The notes beneath the pieces were generated by a model. That model saw nothing but the letters and a program-made list of their open reading frames with translations. It was not told where the DNA came from and searched no databases. Positions 51,451-62,485 of a stretch of 64,000 nucleotides of DNA are shown here, in pieces. Location of the stretch: contig CM059439.1 in the NCBI GenBank assembly GCA_030390025.1, positions 63,798,001 through 63,862,000 on the forward strand. Direction: 5' to 3'. Source of the stretch: Squalus acanthias. Taxonomy: Eukaryota. The position numbers and the translations under genes were made by a program. Each line of letters begins with the position of its first letter. Positions within the stretch are counted from its first letter, which is position 1.

Positions 51451-52539
51451 GCAAGGCATCCCAAGGTCAGTCCTGGTTCGCATCTCTGTGTTCTGGCCTA
51501 TCTTGTTCAGAAATGTGTTCGTTCTGGCTGTCGAGGTCAGATTTAGTCACAATCAAAGTTTCACAGACAGATGCTCCCTGCAATTGGTTGCTTACTGTGT
51601 AGGATGTTTCGTTTCAAGGTTTATAATTTACCCATGTTGTTTCTTTGCATTAGACAGGTATGAGAACAGAGTTGTTTGCAAAAAGTAGAGGTGTGGCAAT
51701 GTTCATTTTAACTCTCACTGCCGAAATTTAATTTAGATAATTTTTTGCTCATTTGAGTTTATTACTGAATTTTCAATGATTGAAATAGTGAATTCTAACT
51801 CAATTGCCATATTTTTCTGGTGTATCTCCCAGCCTCCTAACTACAATGTGGGGCAAATGCCCCTAAATTGTGACAATGTGACACAAAAACCAAGTAAGTG
51901 CATAAATTAGAATACAGGTATATATCACTTTGAACTGTCCAATACTGCTCCCTAATACATGGATATAAGGCAGACAACACGATGAAACTTATAAAGCTAT
52001 TACTGTTCAATGGTGAACTGAGGGCTGACCTTTTTGAAAAGCCCTGTGTGATCAATAGTTGACCATCTGCTATATTTTCAAACTAGTATGACATTATGTG
52101 AACTGTGAGGTCTTCCCTTACATGGAAAATAACACAACAACAGACCTAAGATAATGATGGAGAGCAAGCTAACGTCGGATTTTGCAAGCCACTGTTGGTT
52201 ATTGGATTGTAACTTTTTGGTTCTGCTTACTTTTTGATGAGGTGCAGGGTGCCTTGTTCCCTCTGTGCACCCTTATCTGCTGCGTAGAAAGTGAGTGTTC
52301 ATACTGCTCTGTGTTACTTGATATCCTGTCTCCACCCTTGGCTGTCATCACCATCTCCACCACTCTGCATGCACTGTGCTAAGGCACCCATTGGCAGGCA
52401 CTAGCATGGCCTGCTTCCACCCATTCGCTAACACCACTGAGAATACAAAACACTGTTCTGACTACTTAAGGGGTAGTAACAGAACTCTGATTGGAGGCCT
52501 AGTGTGATCCACTTCAATTTGCCATAAAAACAGTTCAAG

Positions 52540-53145
52540 TCTCTGAGATGTGGTGTACATTAAGCACAGGCAGGCAGTATAGGTGCTATGATTGGCATCA
52601 GAAACCTTGAGCTAAGGAGGGGAAATCAGCCAATGTTCCCACTCCCTTTCATTCTCCACATTCTGAAAAGTGTGCAAGTGGATGTCACTTGTGATGCCCT
52701 TACAGTTAAATAGTGTGCCAACATTCATTCTCTGGGCTTGCTCACACATGAGGAATGGCCACTTGGACACGGTATCAGAAGGTGACTAACACCCGTGGAA
52801 CCATATAATTCCACAGGCACATGTTTCCCTCTAGTATCGCACCTAAGGATCATTCTTAATATGTAAACCAGCCTTTTCAACTGTGGGATCATCACAGACA
52901 ACTCAATCCTCTTTTCACCTGATATACCCCCAACTTGCACTTCTCAGCAGGTGACACTGGATAGGGATCAGGAGTCAGAACCGTAGATGATTTGCCCTTT
53001 CCCTAGACCAGAAAGACTGAAGTAATTTGAACCAACTAAGTTCAGCTATCTCAGTGCAGGCAAGGGATCAAACCTGGGACTTCCCTGGCCTGTATGGCTC
53101 AGTACCAAACCAGATAGTGAAATTTCTCATGAAACCACTGAGCAG
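52540..53145. mobile_element. Two tRNA-headed SINE copies in inverted, tail-to-tail arrangement
   Basis: Plus copy ~52540-52820 (gggaaatcagcc...gctcacacatgaggaatggccacttgg) and minus copy ~52880-53145 (cactggatagggatcaggag...gggatcaaacctgggac...gtatggctcagtacca). Confidence 0.65.
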
Positions 53146-55789
53146 CCTTATTTTCAGTTTTTATGAGTTGTATTTCCTCATTTTTGTTTAAAGGCCATTT
53201 TGTGTTGCCTTTAAACCTGTTCAGAAGAAGAGTTTTTTTCTGTTTGAATGGATAAGATTGTAGCATAATAGGTTCCTCGAAGTTTCCTTTGATCAGTGGC
53301 CAATGTAAAGGGCAGTTTCAGGATCAGGATGCTTCATTAGTTACAGGATGAATGTTCCTTTATATTTCCAGTTCAATGTATCATACTGAAATTAACAAAT
53401 TGCTTATTGCAGTTGAGACTCAAGCTAGTGTACCTGAAGACCTGTGATCTTCTGTGACAATGCTCAAAGTCTACACTCTGCTTTCAGTTTTTTAAGGAAG
53501 GTCCATGATACTGAATGTGTTCAGAATTTTAGATCTCTGCTGTCTCAGCCAATACAGATCGGCTCAAATCCATTAAAATATGGGAACAGGAATGAAATCT
53601 CACCTGAGTTTAATCAATATTCCCACAATGTTCCAGGGTTTATACAAAATAGAGGACAGAGCACAGGAAACAGCAGGGTGTATGGAGACTGGAAGGTTAT
53701 ATAAAGGATACACTGTGGGGATCCACTGGGGATGCAGAGGGCACAGCATGATACACAGAGTATAATGTAGTAAAGAATATATTGGGGGGAAGATGTTCAT
53801 TTATTATTTCCCTACCCGCAAGGTGTGTTCTTCTTAGACTGCGGTGTACCCTTTATTTGCCATTCTGTAACCTCTATATCCCACAGTGTAACATTTATAC
53901 CACCACTTCTGCTGCCCCCACGGTGTATCCCTTGTGACTCCATTCCAGTTGTGCTGACTCAGGCTGCGGGCAGGGAAGCTGTGGTATTAATGAGCTGTTA
54001 CAGGAAGTTCCCTTTTAACAGGATTGCCTTTGAGGTTACTGCAATCTAATGGCTGCCATGACCAAAACAAACAGTAGCAAATTTGTGTTTTGAACAAACC
54101 TAAACGTTAAACAAACCAACATTTGCAAAAATTAAACAAATTAGTGAGTAGCATTGTAACCTACATCTAACTATGTGGTTGCAATTGAGAATCTCATTCA
54201 AGAGGAAATGTACTGTACCACTGTGGAACTAGCCATGTTGGGAGACCAAACATTCATTTTAAAATAAAACTTAAACTATTAAACACTGAATTTATTTTTG
54301 AATTGTTTATCACCCCTCTCCCCGAAAAGGTACTGACCGATTCTAAGGGTGTCCTGCCAATAATAGCTCTCCGTACTTTACTTAACTGGCCGTTCCTCAA
54401 GTGGGGAAGGTGGTGTGTGCTGCCAGGCCATTCAACTGCCTGGGGCAGCTGAGCCTGAATGTATTGCTATCTGACACATTGTGTAGCAGGAGTCACTGGA
54501 TAGTGATGAGGATCAGACGGAAACCTTGATTCATTCTTACCCCTCCCTAGCCAGAAGTAGAACCCTGTTGTTCAGCTAATTCAGCACTTACTCGGAATCA
54601 AATCTAGGATCTCCTTGGCGTGCATGGCTTGGTACTACACCAGGTGATGCATGTTTCCACTGCAGTCAGGAGGGCATACACCCTGCAGATTGACTGCCTG
54701 CCTTTGGGATTCACTGTCAACAGATGTACCATTGCAGAATCCTGCTTGAATGGACATTTTGTACTTTGATGATTTCACAGTACGCCCACACATGCACCAT
54801 GACTCAACAGTGATTAAACCAGAGGACATATGTCCAGACCCCAAATGCTGTATTATTAAAGGTCATTGTTGCAACCCTAACTTCCCGGAATAGCAAGGAA
54901 TACTATGTTGACTAATGAAGTAACTGTGCTGTGCAGCATTTGTATCCCTGCAGCTTGAACTTGTGTAATTCCTTTCTTTATTTTTTTTCAGTCACACTCC
55001 TCGAACCATGCATTGACTATGGCCACAAGGACAGGCAGCTCACCTCAGTATTCTGCCAATATTGTCCTGAGTGAGCTATGAGAAATTGGACAAGGATAAG
55101 GCAGGGGATATCACACTTTCCGATTTTGCTATTCCACCCCACTCCCATACCGAGCCTCGACGGGATCCCTCTCCACAGTAGCATGTCAAGATCAGAAACT
55201 CTGCAGAATGGAGGAGCTGATATTGCATTTTCCCATTCCTTTCCTCCATGCCCTATAATACTGCACTATGCTGTTTCATTATCAGGGTATGCATGACCAG
55301 TGAGGTGATAACATCATGGCATTGATGATCTCACTATGCCTAAAGCAAGAAAAAACTTGCATTTATATGGTGCCTTTCACAACCCCAGGACGTCCCAAAG
55401 CGCTTTACAGCCAATGAAGTACTTTGAAGTGTAGTCACTGTTGTAGGAGGAAGACAACAAAGCTTAGCTCCCTAGATGATTTATCCAATGAGTTATACAG
55501 ACCAGAAGATTTGGTCTCCAATCTGTACTGAGCTAGCTAATCTTAAATGGGGCAGCGGCAGGGACACTACAATTGGCTTCATCATCTCGAGGGTTAGGGA
55601 GGTGAAAATCAGGCAAGGTTCCTGCTGCTGATCTCTATCCAGGGACCCCTGCTGCAAGTGCTTGTGTGTGGACACCAGGTAAGGACAGAATCAGGTGTGG
55701 CTATGTTGCCCCCATGGTAGAATCCCTTTAGTACAGCTTTTAGCCACCCACAGCTATTCCGATTCTACAGGTGATTCTAACCACCTCTT

Positions 55790-56450
55790 TGACTACTTGC
55801 ATAGGCTAAACCCAGCTATGCACAACCTGTCATTTGATAATGAGTATAACTTCAAACCCACATCTACTCCATCACCAAGACCACATCCAGTCCATCACCA
55901 AACCCACATCCAGTCCATCACCAAGACCAGCTTTTTTTTACCTCCATATCACCTACCTCTGTCCTTCCCCCCACCTCCATCTCTGCTGAAACTCTCAGCT
56001 GTGTCTTCATCATCTGTAGGCTCAACGTCTCCAGTGCTCTTCTCACTGGCCTTGCAAGCTCCATCCTACATAAACACCAATTCATCCAGACTTAGTCCTG
56101 CTCACTTATTGCCTTGGTCTTTGCAGACCCTCACTGGCTCCCCACCCCAATGCATCGATTTTACAATCATTGTCGTTGTTTAGAAATATTTTCATCGTCT
56201 CCTTCGACCCTACACCCCAGTTGACCCCTTCTACTCTTCTGGGTCTGGACTATTGTGATCCCTCACACCCCCCTCCACCATCAAGGGCGGAGCCTTGACA
56301 TCAGCATCACTCTGCTCTGGAATTCTCTACCCAAACCTCTCCTCCCCCTTACAACAGTGACTCCACTTCAAAAGTACTTCATTGGCTGTAAAGTGCTTTG
56401 AGACGTCCGGTGGTCGTGAAAGGCGCAACATAAATGCAAGTCTTTCTTTC
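55790..56450 (+). mobile_element. Degenerate L2 3' fragment followed by a Deu-SINE 3' tail (~56350-56450)
   Basis: cttcaaacccacatc...ccatcaccaagacc...ctgctgaaactctc...ctctggaattctctacccaaacctctcc, then acaacagtgact.cacttcaaaagtacttcattggctgtaaagtgctttgag...ataaatgcaagtc. Confidence 0.7.
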
Positions 56451-56869
56451 CTCCACCTTTAAAAGCTTCCAACACCTTGAAAAATCTCGTCTTGCGAAGT
56501 CTCACTATATTTATAAATGGAAGTTCTTGTTGAGTAGCCTCAGTAGAAAAGCTCACACGTTAAAAAAACACCCACTTGAACCAGTTACTGAGGGCTGACC
56601 AGAGGCTGTGGAACCACGCACCAACAAACAGGTGGGGCGAAAATTAGCCCCAAGAAAGCTACTAAAAATAACCTGCCTTTGAATTGGTTAGAAATAAGTT
56701 CAGCACCACAGGAGCAGAGATTTATTTGCATTAAACATTTTTCTCCCCAAACAGCTTTACCATGAAGGTTGATTGTGGAACTAAATGTTTTGAAAACATT
56801 GGAGCCCAGCAGGTTGGGATTGGGTCCGAGTGAGAGGGGAAGATTTACCGCTCTTCCAGAGTTTGCAAA

Positions 56870-57500
56870 GCACCGGCTGCATAGTCGGTCCGTAACCCTC
56901 CAGCCCCGGGGGTCCCGGTATAGACCCTCCAGCCCCGGTATAGACCCTCCAGTCCCGGTATAGACCCGGGGGTCCCGGTATAGACCCTCCAGCCCCGGTA
57001 TAGACCCGGGGGTCCCGGTATAGACCCTCCAGCCCCGGTATAGACCCGGGGGTCCCGGTATAGATCCTATAGACCCGGGGGTCCCGGTATAGACAGACCC
57101 TCCAGCCCCGGGGGTCCCGGTATAGACCCGGGGGTCCCGGTATAGACCCGGGGGTCCCGGTATAGACCCTCCAGCCCCGGGGGTCCCGGTATAGTAACTC
57201 CCACCACCTTCTTCACCCCGGGAGAGACGGCACCGATCCCAGCAACACGTCCCTGAGCCCAGATCGGCCCCAGGAATAACTTGGGGGTGGTTTCCGAGCA
57301 GAGGCAGGCGGTCGGACCGGCCCGGTGTGGCCGGTTACCGAGTCCCGGCCGCTTCGTGTGTGTGTGTGCGGGCCAGCCCCTCCCCAGCCGGCTGGCCTGA
57401 CCATCCCAACCCCTCCCCAGCCGGCCCAGTGGGAGGGAGCCGCTCGGCCGCTGTGGTGGGACCGAGTTCAGACCGCTCCTGCCAGGCACACAACTTTCTC
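56870..57500. promoter_or_regulatory. Second CpG island ~10 kb upstream of SSBP3 exon 1 (candidate distal promoter)
   Basis: High GC and CpG density in an otherwise CpG-depleted window; function inferred only. Confidence 0.5.
56897..57192. repeat. GC-rich minisatellite made of two interchangeable ~20-bp units
   Basis: Units GGTATAGACCCTCCAGCCCC and GGTATAGACCCGGGGGTCCC interspersed, about 13 units. Confidence 0.92.
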
Positions 57501-57950
57501 CCTCTCGCCCCCTCCTCCTCCCCGCACTCTCCGCCCTTCCCTCTGATTCTCCCAAGTTTCTCTCTGGCTGTTTGTCTTGTTGATTTTTTTTCCTGTCCCC
57601 CTCTCTCCCTGTCGTTTCGGTCGATCTTATTCTCATCTCACTTTTTTTCTCCCTATTTCTCTGTCCCTCCCTCTTTCACTCATGCACTCTCTCTATTTCT
57701 CGCACCCTCCCTCCTTTCTCTCACCCTCCCTTCCTCTTTCTCATCCTCCCTCCCTCTATCTCTCTCACTCTCCCTCTTTCACCACTCCCTCTATTTCTCT
57801 CCTTCTTCCACTCTCCCTCTTTCTCTCCATCTTTCACTCTCCCTCTTTCACCACTCCCTCTATTTCTCTCCCCCCCCCCTCTTTCTCTATCCCATCCACC
57901 CGCTTGTTCTTGCTCACCCCCTTTATTTCTCTTTTGTTTTTTCTCCATGT
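57490..57950. repeat. Polypyrimidine/polypurine low-complexity tract with an internal ~37-bp direct repeat
   Basis: Nearly all C/T on the plus strand; cactctccctctttcaccactccctctatttctctcc occurs at ~57766 and ~57835. Confidence 0.85.
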
Positions 57951-58290
57951 TTCGGCCTGGAGAGTCGTGACCAGGGAAAGTTTCTGTTCCATTTTACGCA
58001 CCCCTTTCTCTTCAACCTGCTTGCAATTTGCTACATCCGAAATATTTGAATCTCCATATTTTACACCAGATTTATTTCTGATCAACAAACAAAAGATTTT
58101 TTGAATAGCTCCCAGTGTAAAAGAATTCAAGTTAAAAATCGAGCTTAAAGCTCTTTAACACAAGAGTGAGGGAGGTGGAACAATAAACCGCTCCATACAT
58201 TGTGTAAATTGCACATTGCGATAAAGACGCTGATGTTTGACAGAACCCGCTGCCTCAGAGCCCGAAAGACACATTTAAAGTGTGAGCGAC

Positions 58291-58305
58291 GCGCCATCTG
58301 GTGGC
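58291..58305 (-). promoter_or_regulatory. Candidate CTCF binding site
   Basis: GCGCCATCTGGTGGC is the reverse complement of GCCACCAGATGGCGC, a near-consensus CTCF core, in a locally CpG-retaining non-repeat patch. Confidence 0.65.
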
Positions 58306-58339
58306 AGCTGTAGACCACACGTCCGGGAAGGACATCACT

Positions 58340-58745
58340 TAATCTGCAATTAATGCTGCAGATAAAATCTGCAGTTAATGCTATAGGTACAATCAATTTA
58401 TTGCTATAAGAATATTTTGTCGTCGATGTTCTAGGGGGAAAACACAGATAATGCTACGGATTCGAACCATCTAGCAACAATCTGCTGTTCACGTTACAGA
58501 TAGGAACAATTTGTAGTCAAATAAGTATAAGCAGTGTTCATGCTACACGCGCAATCTACAGTTATGCTATAGAAATGATCGCAGGTAATGCTTTAGGAAA
58601 CCTGCAGTTAATACTATAGGAATAATTAATGGTGCAATGCTATAAATCTACAGTCATTGTTTTAGGTACAGTACAGTTAAACTATAGGAATAATCACCAG
58701 TATTGCTGCAGGAAATCTGCAGTCATTGCTGTAGGCACAATCTGC
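58340..58745. repeat. Degenerate ~25-bp tandem array
   Basis: Recurring variants of aatctgcagttaatgctatagg(t/a)ac. Confidence 0.65.
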
Positions 58746-59542
58746 TTCCAACAGTGCTTTTGTTTTTTTAGACACAGACAAAACAATCTAATTGTTCTGA
58801 AAGCAAATCTTATAATGACAGACTATATTTAGGCTAACAAGTAGATACAGGAAGCAGCCTCAAATTACAAATTGTACATTTTCATGTTTTGGCATGAATA
58901 TCTTTTTTGAAGGTGTGTTTTGCAGAATGCAATTCCAGTTTATACCTGCTGAATTCAGACAAGAAAGCTTGCTTCAGCAATGATGGAATAAAAGGACTGT
59001 AAGATAGTTTGAATCAGTCATAAGGATAATAACAACCCTTGGAGGGACTGTCTGCAGAACTGCTGAAAAGGATTTGATCTGGGAAAACCTGTGGTCAGAT
59101 TAGAATTTTTCCTTCTCCAATTTCCCTCTGATTTTTACCCCTCCTTTCCGGAAGGTGGAGACTCATCCTGGCACACAGTTCTGTCGTGCCAGAAGCAATT
59201 TCTTCATGTTTGTTCAGAAGTGAGTCCTGGAGGATTTTTCCCCACCCTCGCCTAAGCCTACAATTGATGCCAATTGTAGCCCCCACTACTGCTGCTCCAG
59301 TTAACCCAGTACAGACCACGGATTGAATCTGGGACTTTCCTGATCTTTATGATTCATTACTAGACCAGGCAATGCTTTAATGGACTAAGCCACTGGGAAG
59401 CCCTTTGTTTTTTGTAATATGTTTAAGGTACACAACATTTGTATTTCTGATTTTCATTGAGTACAGTGACTTTATTAAAGATAATCCAAAGCTTTCCTGG
59501 GTTATCTAATCCTTGACTTGGCAAACTTCACAGAGTTCAGTC

Positions 59543-60120
59543 TAAGAACATAAGAACATAGGAACACAGGAACAGGAGTAGGCCATTCGGCCCCTCGAGC
59601 CTGTTCTGCCACTCAATGAGATCATGGCTGATCTGCAACCTAACTCCATAAACCTGCCTTTGGCCCATATCCCTTAATACCTTTGGTTAACAAAAAGCTA
59701 TCAATCTCAGATTTAAAATTAACAATTGATCTAACACCAATTGCTGTTTGAGGAAGAGAGTTCCAAACTTCTACCACCCTTTGTGTGTAGAAGTGTTTCC
59801 TAATTTCACTCCTGAAAGGTTTGGCTCTAATTTTAAGACTATGCCCCCTCGTCCTAGAATCCCCAACCAGCGGAAATAGTTTCTCTCTATTGACTCTATC
59901 TGTTCCCCTTAATATCTTGAAAACTTCAATCAAATCACCTCTTAACCTTCTAAATTCTAGGGAATATAACCCTAATTTGTGTAATCTCTCCTCGTAACTT
60001 AACCCTTGAAGTCCGGATATCATTCTGGTAAACCTACGCTGCACTCCCTCTAAGGCCAATATATCTTTCCTAAGGTGTGGTGGCCAGAACTGCTCACAGT
60101 AGTCCTGGTGTGGTCTAACC
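59543..60120 (-). mobile_element. 5'-truncated young CR1 LINE
   Basis: Open C-terminal ORF2 (ALEGVQRRFTRMISG...KGYGPKAGLWS) and 8-mer tail (plus strand taagaaca taagaaca taggaaca). Confidence 0.94.
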
Positions 60121-60439
60121 TGGTCTCAGCACCTCTATGGAAGGAAAAAAAAATCATCCTGATCACTATTCAGCAACTTTTGTTGAAATGTACATGTTTG
60201 TGGGCATCAGGTGAGAACGTGATCAGGCTCTGCTGTGATGTCATTAACAGTTGAATAGCCTAGAGTCAAACATGAAAAATGGTCATTTGGATGATGCAGT
60301 GGAGCGCAGCTTGTGCCTGTGGACTGTGCTGCAGCATGCATCAGCACTTTCAGAAGAGGCAGAAAATTGGAAGGAAAAAGCTGGTAATTGATAGTAATGT
60401 ACTTGACACTGATTGTATAACAAGGGTTTAAAAAAATAA

Positions 60440-60780
60440 AAAATCCTAGGAGACCCCAGATGACTGAGAAGTAGCTAACCTGGCACCAATTAATAAGAGG
60501 ATTTGGGAATTCTAGACCAGTGAGCTTGACCTCAGATGTTGTAAAACTATTTGTGAGTATTGTAAAGGACACAGTTCAGGGTTGGCCTTTGAAAATGAAG
60601 ATGAGACATAAACCTAGCATTGATTTACAAATGAGAGGTCATATAGTACAAGTTAACTAGACTTTTTTTTCCCTGGAGAATGCAATTTAGCATTTGGGGA
60701 CACACCAAAAAAGCAACATTTTGTTTGACTTTCAAAAGACATTTGATAAAGTACCTCCTAGGAGGCGATGTTTGAGGTAG
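60440..60780 (+). mobile_element. Old internal CR1 RT fragment
   Basis: gggaattctagaccagtgagcttgacctcag (G-N-x-R-P-V-S-L-T-S) and gactttcaaaagacatttgataaagtacct (DFQKxFDKVP). Confidence 0.7.
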
Positions 60781-60884
60781 GGAAGGTGCAATTTCATAGT
60801 AATGAAATACCTCGCAAACTGGAACAAACAATGTTTTGACAGCAGAAATTGGAAGAAATTATAAATATTCATTATTTGAGGCCC

Positions 60885-61257
60885 TACAAAGGCACAGTGA
60901 GTAAATGTGCTGCATGGTCTTGGACTGTACAGACCAAGAAAGTCCCAGGTTCAATCCCCAACCTGTGCTGAGTTAGCTGATCTCAGTCCAGACAGAAGTA
61001 GGTATGATGCAATGGTGCCAATCCCATCCTCATCGGCCATCCAACTATGAGCACTTTCCAACAGGAGTCACTGGATAGCCATCAGAGCACTGACTAGTCT
61101 TTTGCTTCTTAGCCCAAGGGCACTGAGGCCAATTATAGCTCCTCTGCTACTGCTCTGGTTACAATCAGCTAACACAGACGAGGGATCAAACCTGGGATCT
61201 TCCTGATCTATATTGCTTAGTGACAAACTGGTCAGTGCATTTACCCACTGAGCCATT
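60885..61257. mobile_element. Adjacent inverted pair of tRNA-headed SINE 5' halves
   Basis: Plus copy ~60885-61015 and minus copy ~61030-61257. The minus copy has box A-like TGGCTCAGTGGGTAA (61255-61241) and box B-like GGTTTGATCCC (61192-61182). Confidence 0.7.
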
Positions 61258-61417
61258 GATAGAAAAGGGGAAACTCTTAATTTGTCAGTTCTTCAATTCT
61301 TTGATATTGGGGCAGAAACTTCGTTAGTCACCAACATGTCCATTGTGCAACTGAGACTTCTCCCTCTGCATGCTTAGCCCACCCAAGCAATAGGCTCACT
61401 TAGAATTGCATGAATAG

Positions 61418-61890
61418 GGAACTTGATGGTAAGGTTGGTTAGATACTGGCCTTTCACCTCTGGAATTGGGATGAAATCCAGACCAGACTGAATGAATTAA
61501 AGTCTCCTCTCTAAGTAATCTGCCTATATGGGTCCTTCTATGTGAAATGAGTTTGGACAGTCTCAATTTTATTTCTTAGCAGGCATGGACTGACAGTACA
61601 AAACTGCTCCTAATTTGACATTAAATGGCAATCTCACCCAGAAATTTATGCAAAATTAGGAGCAGTCTGGCTAGTGTTGGAAATGGAAAACTTGTCACGT
61701 TGGTGCAGTATGGAGTGATTTTCTGTAGTTGCAGCTGAGGCATGATGTTGAGGCATAGAGGGAGCTTTACTCTGCACCTGGCTGTGCTATACCTGATCTG
61801 AGAGTGCTTGATGCTGACGCTAGATGCCTGAAATGGGGACATTTTCATTCCCCAGCAATAACATCTCTCACCTTGGTGAGCACAAAAACG
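61418..61890 (+). mobile_element. LF-SINE-related element, apparently full length
   Basis: Colinear blocks resembling the LF-SINE consensus as recalled: gcctttcacctct, aatccag.ccag, tatgtgaaatgagtt, gtctca, gttgaggca, tgct.tacctg, tail cacctt...gagcac.aaa. Confidence 0.6.
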
Positions 61891-62079
61891 TTTTAAGAAC
61901 AGCAAACCAAAAAATGCACCGATTCGTCAAACATGGTCAGACCTTTACATAGTCAACTCCAGACGTCATTCCGATGTCCTGTTACCTGCGTCATGCTGTT
62001 TTCATCTTGCACTTCCAGCAAATTGCAACTCAAAAAATCATCGCGATTAAACATGCAAGGGCAAGTCTAACTATAACTA

Positions 62080-62485
62080 CACAACAACTTGTATTTATAT
62101 AGCGCCTTTAACATAGTAAAATGTCCCAAGGCGCTTCACAGGAGTATTAAAAGACAAAAAATTTGACACTGAACCACATAAGGAGAAATTAAGGCAGGTG
62201 ACCAAAAGCTTGGTCAAAAAGGTAGGTTTTAAGGAGCGTCTTAAAGGAGAAAGGAGAGGCAGAGAGGTTTAGGCAGAGAATTCCAGAGCTTAGGGCCTAG
62301 GCAACAGAAGACACGGCCACCAATGGTTTAGCGATTATAATCAGGGATGCTCAAGAGGGCAGAATTAGAGGAGCACAGATATCTTGGGGCAGGGGGGGGG
62401 AGTTGTGGGGCTGGAAGAGATTACAGAGATAGGGAGGGGCGTGGCCATGGAAGGATTTGAAAACAATGACGAGAATTTTGAAAAC
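62080..62485 (-). mobile_element. L2-clade LINE 3' end
   Basis: acaacaacttgtatttatatagcgcctttaac...tcccaaggcgcttcacagg...agagaattccagagcttagggcc..., same family as the 26703 end. Confidence 0.85.

Noticed and set aside
56897-57192. CRISPR-like array, or collagen-like coding repeat (IPGPPGLEGL...)
   Set aside because: The intervening parts are two recurring variants, not unique spacers; the context is eukaryotic with no cas genes. The 20-bp period breaks frame and gives no continuous Gly-X-Y.
57067-58130. Long ORFs of 175-240 aa
   Set aside because: Arise from low-complexity pyrimidine/purine tracts and the minisatellite, which lack stop codons by composition.
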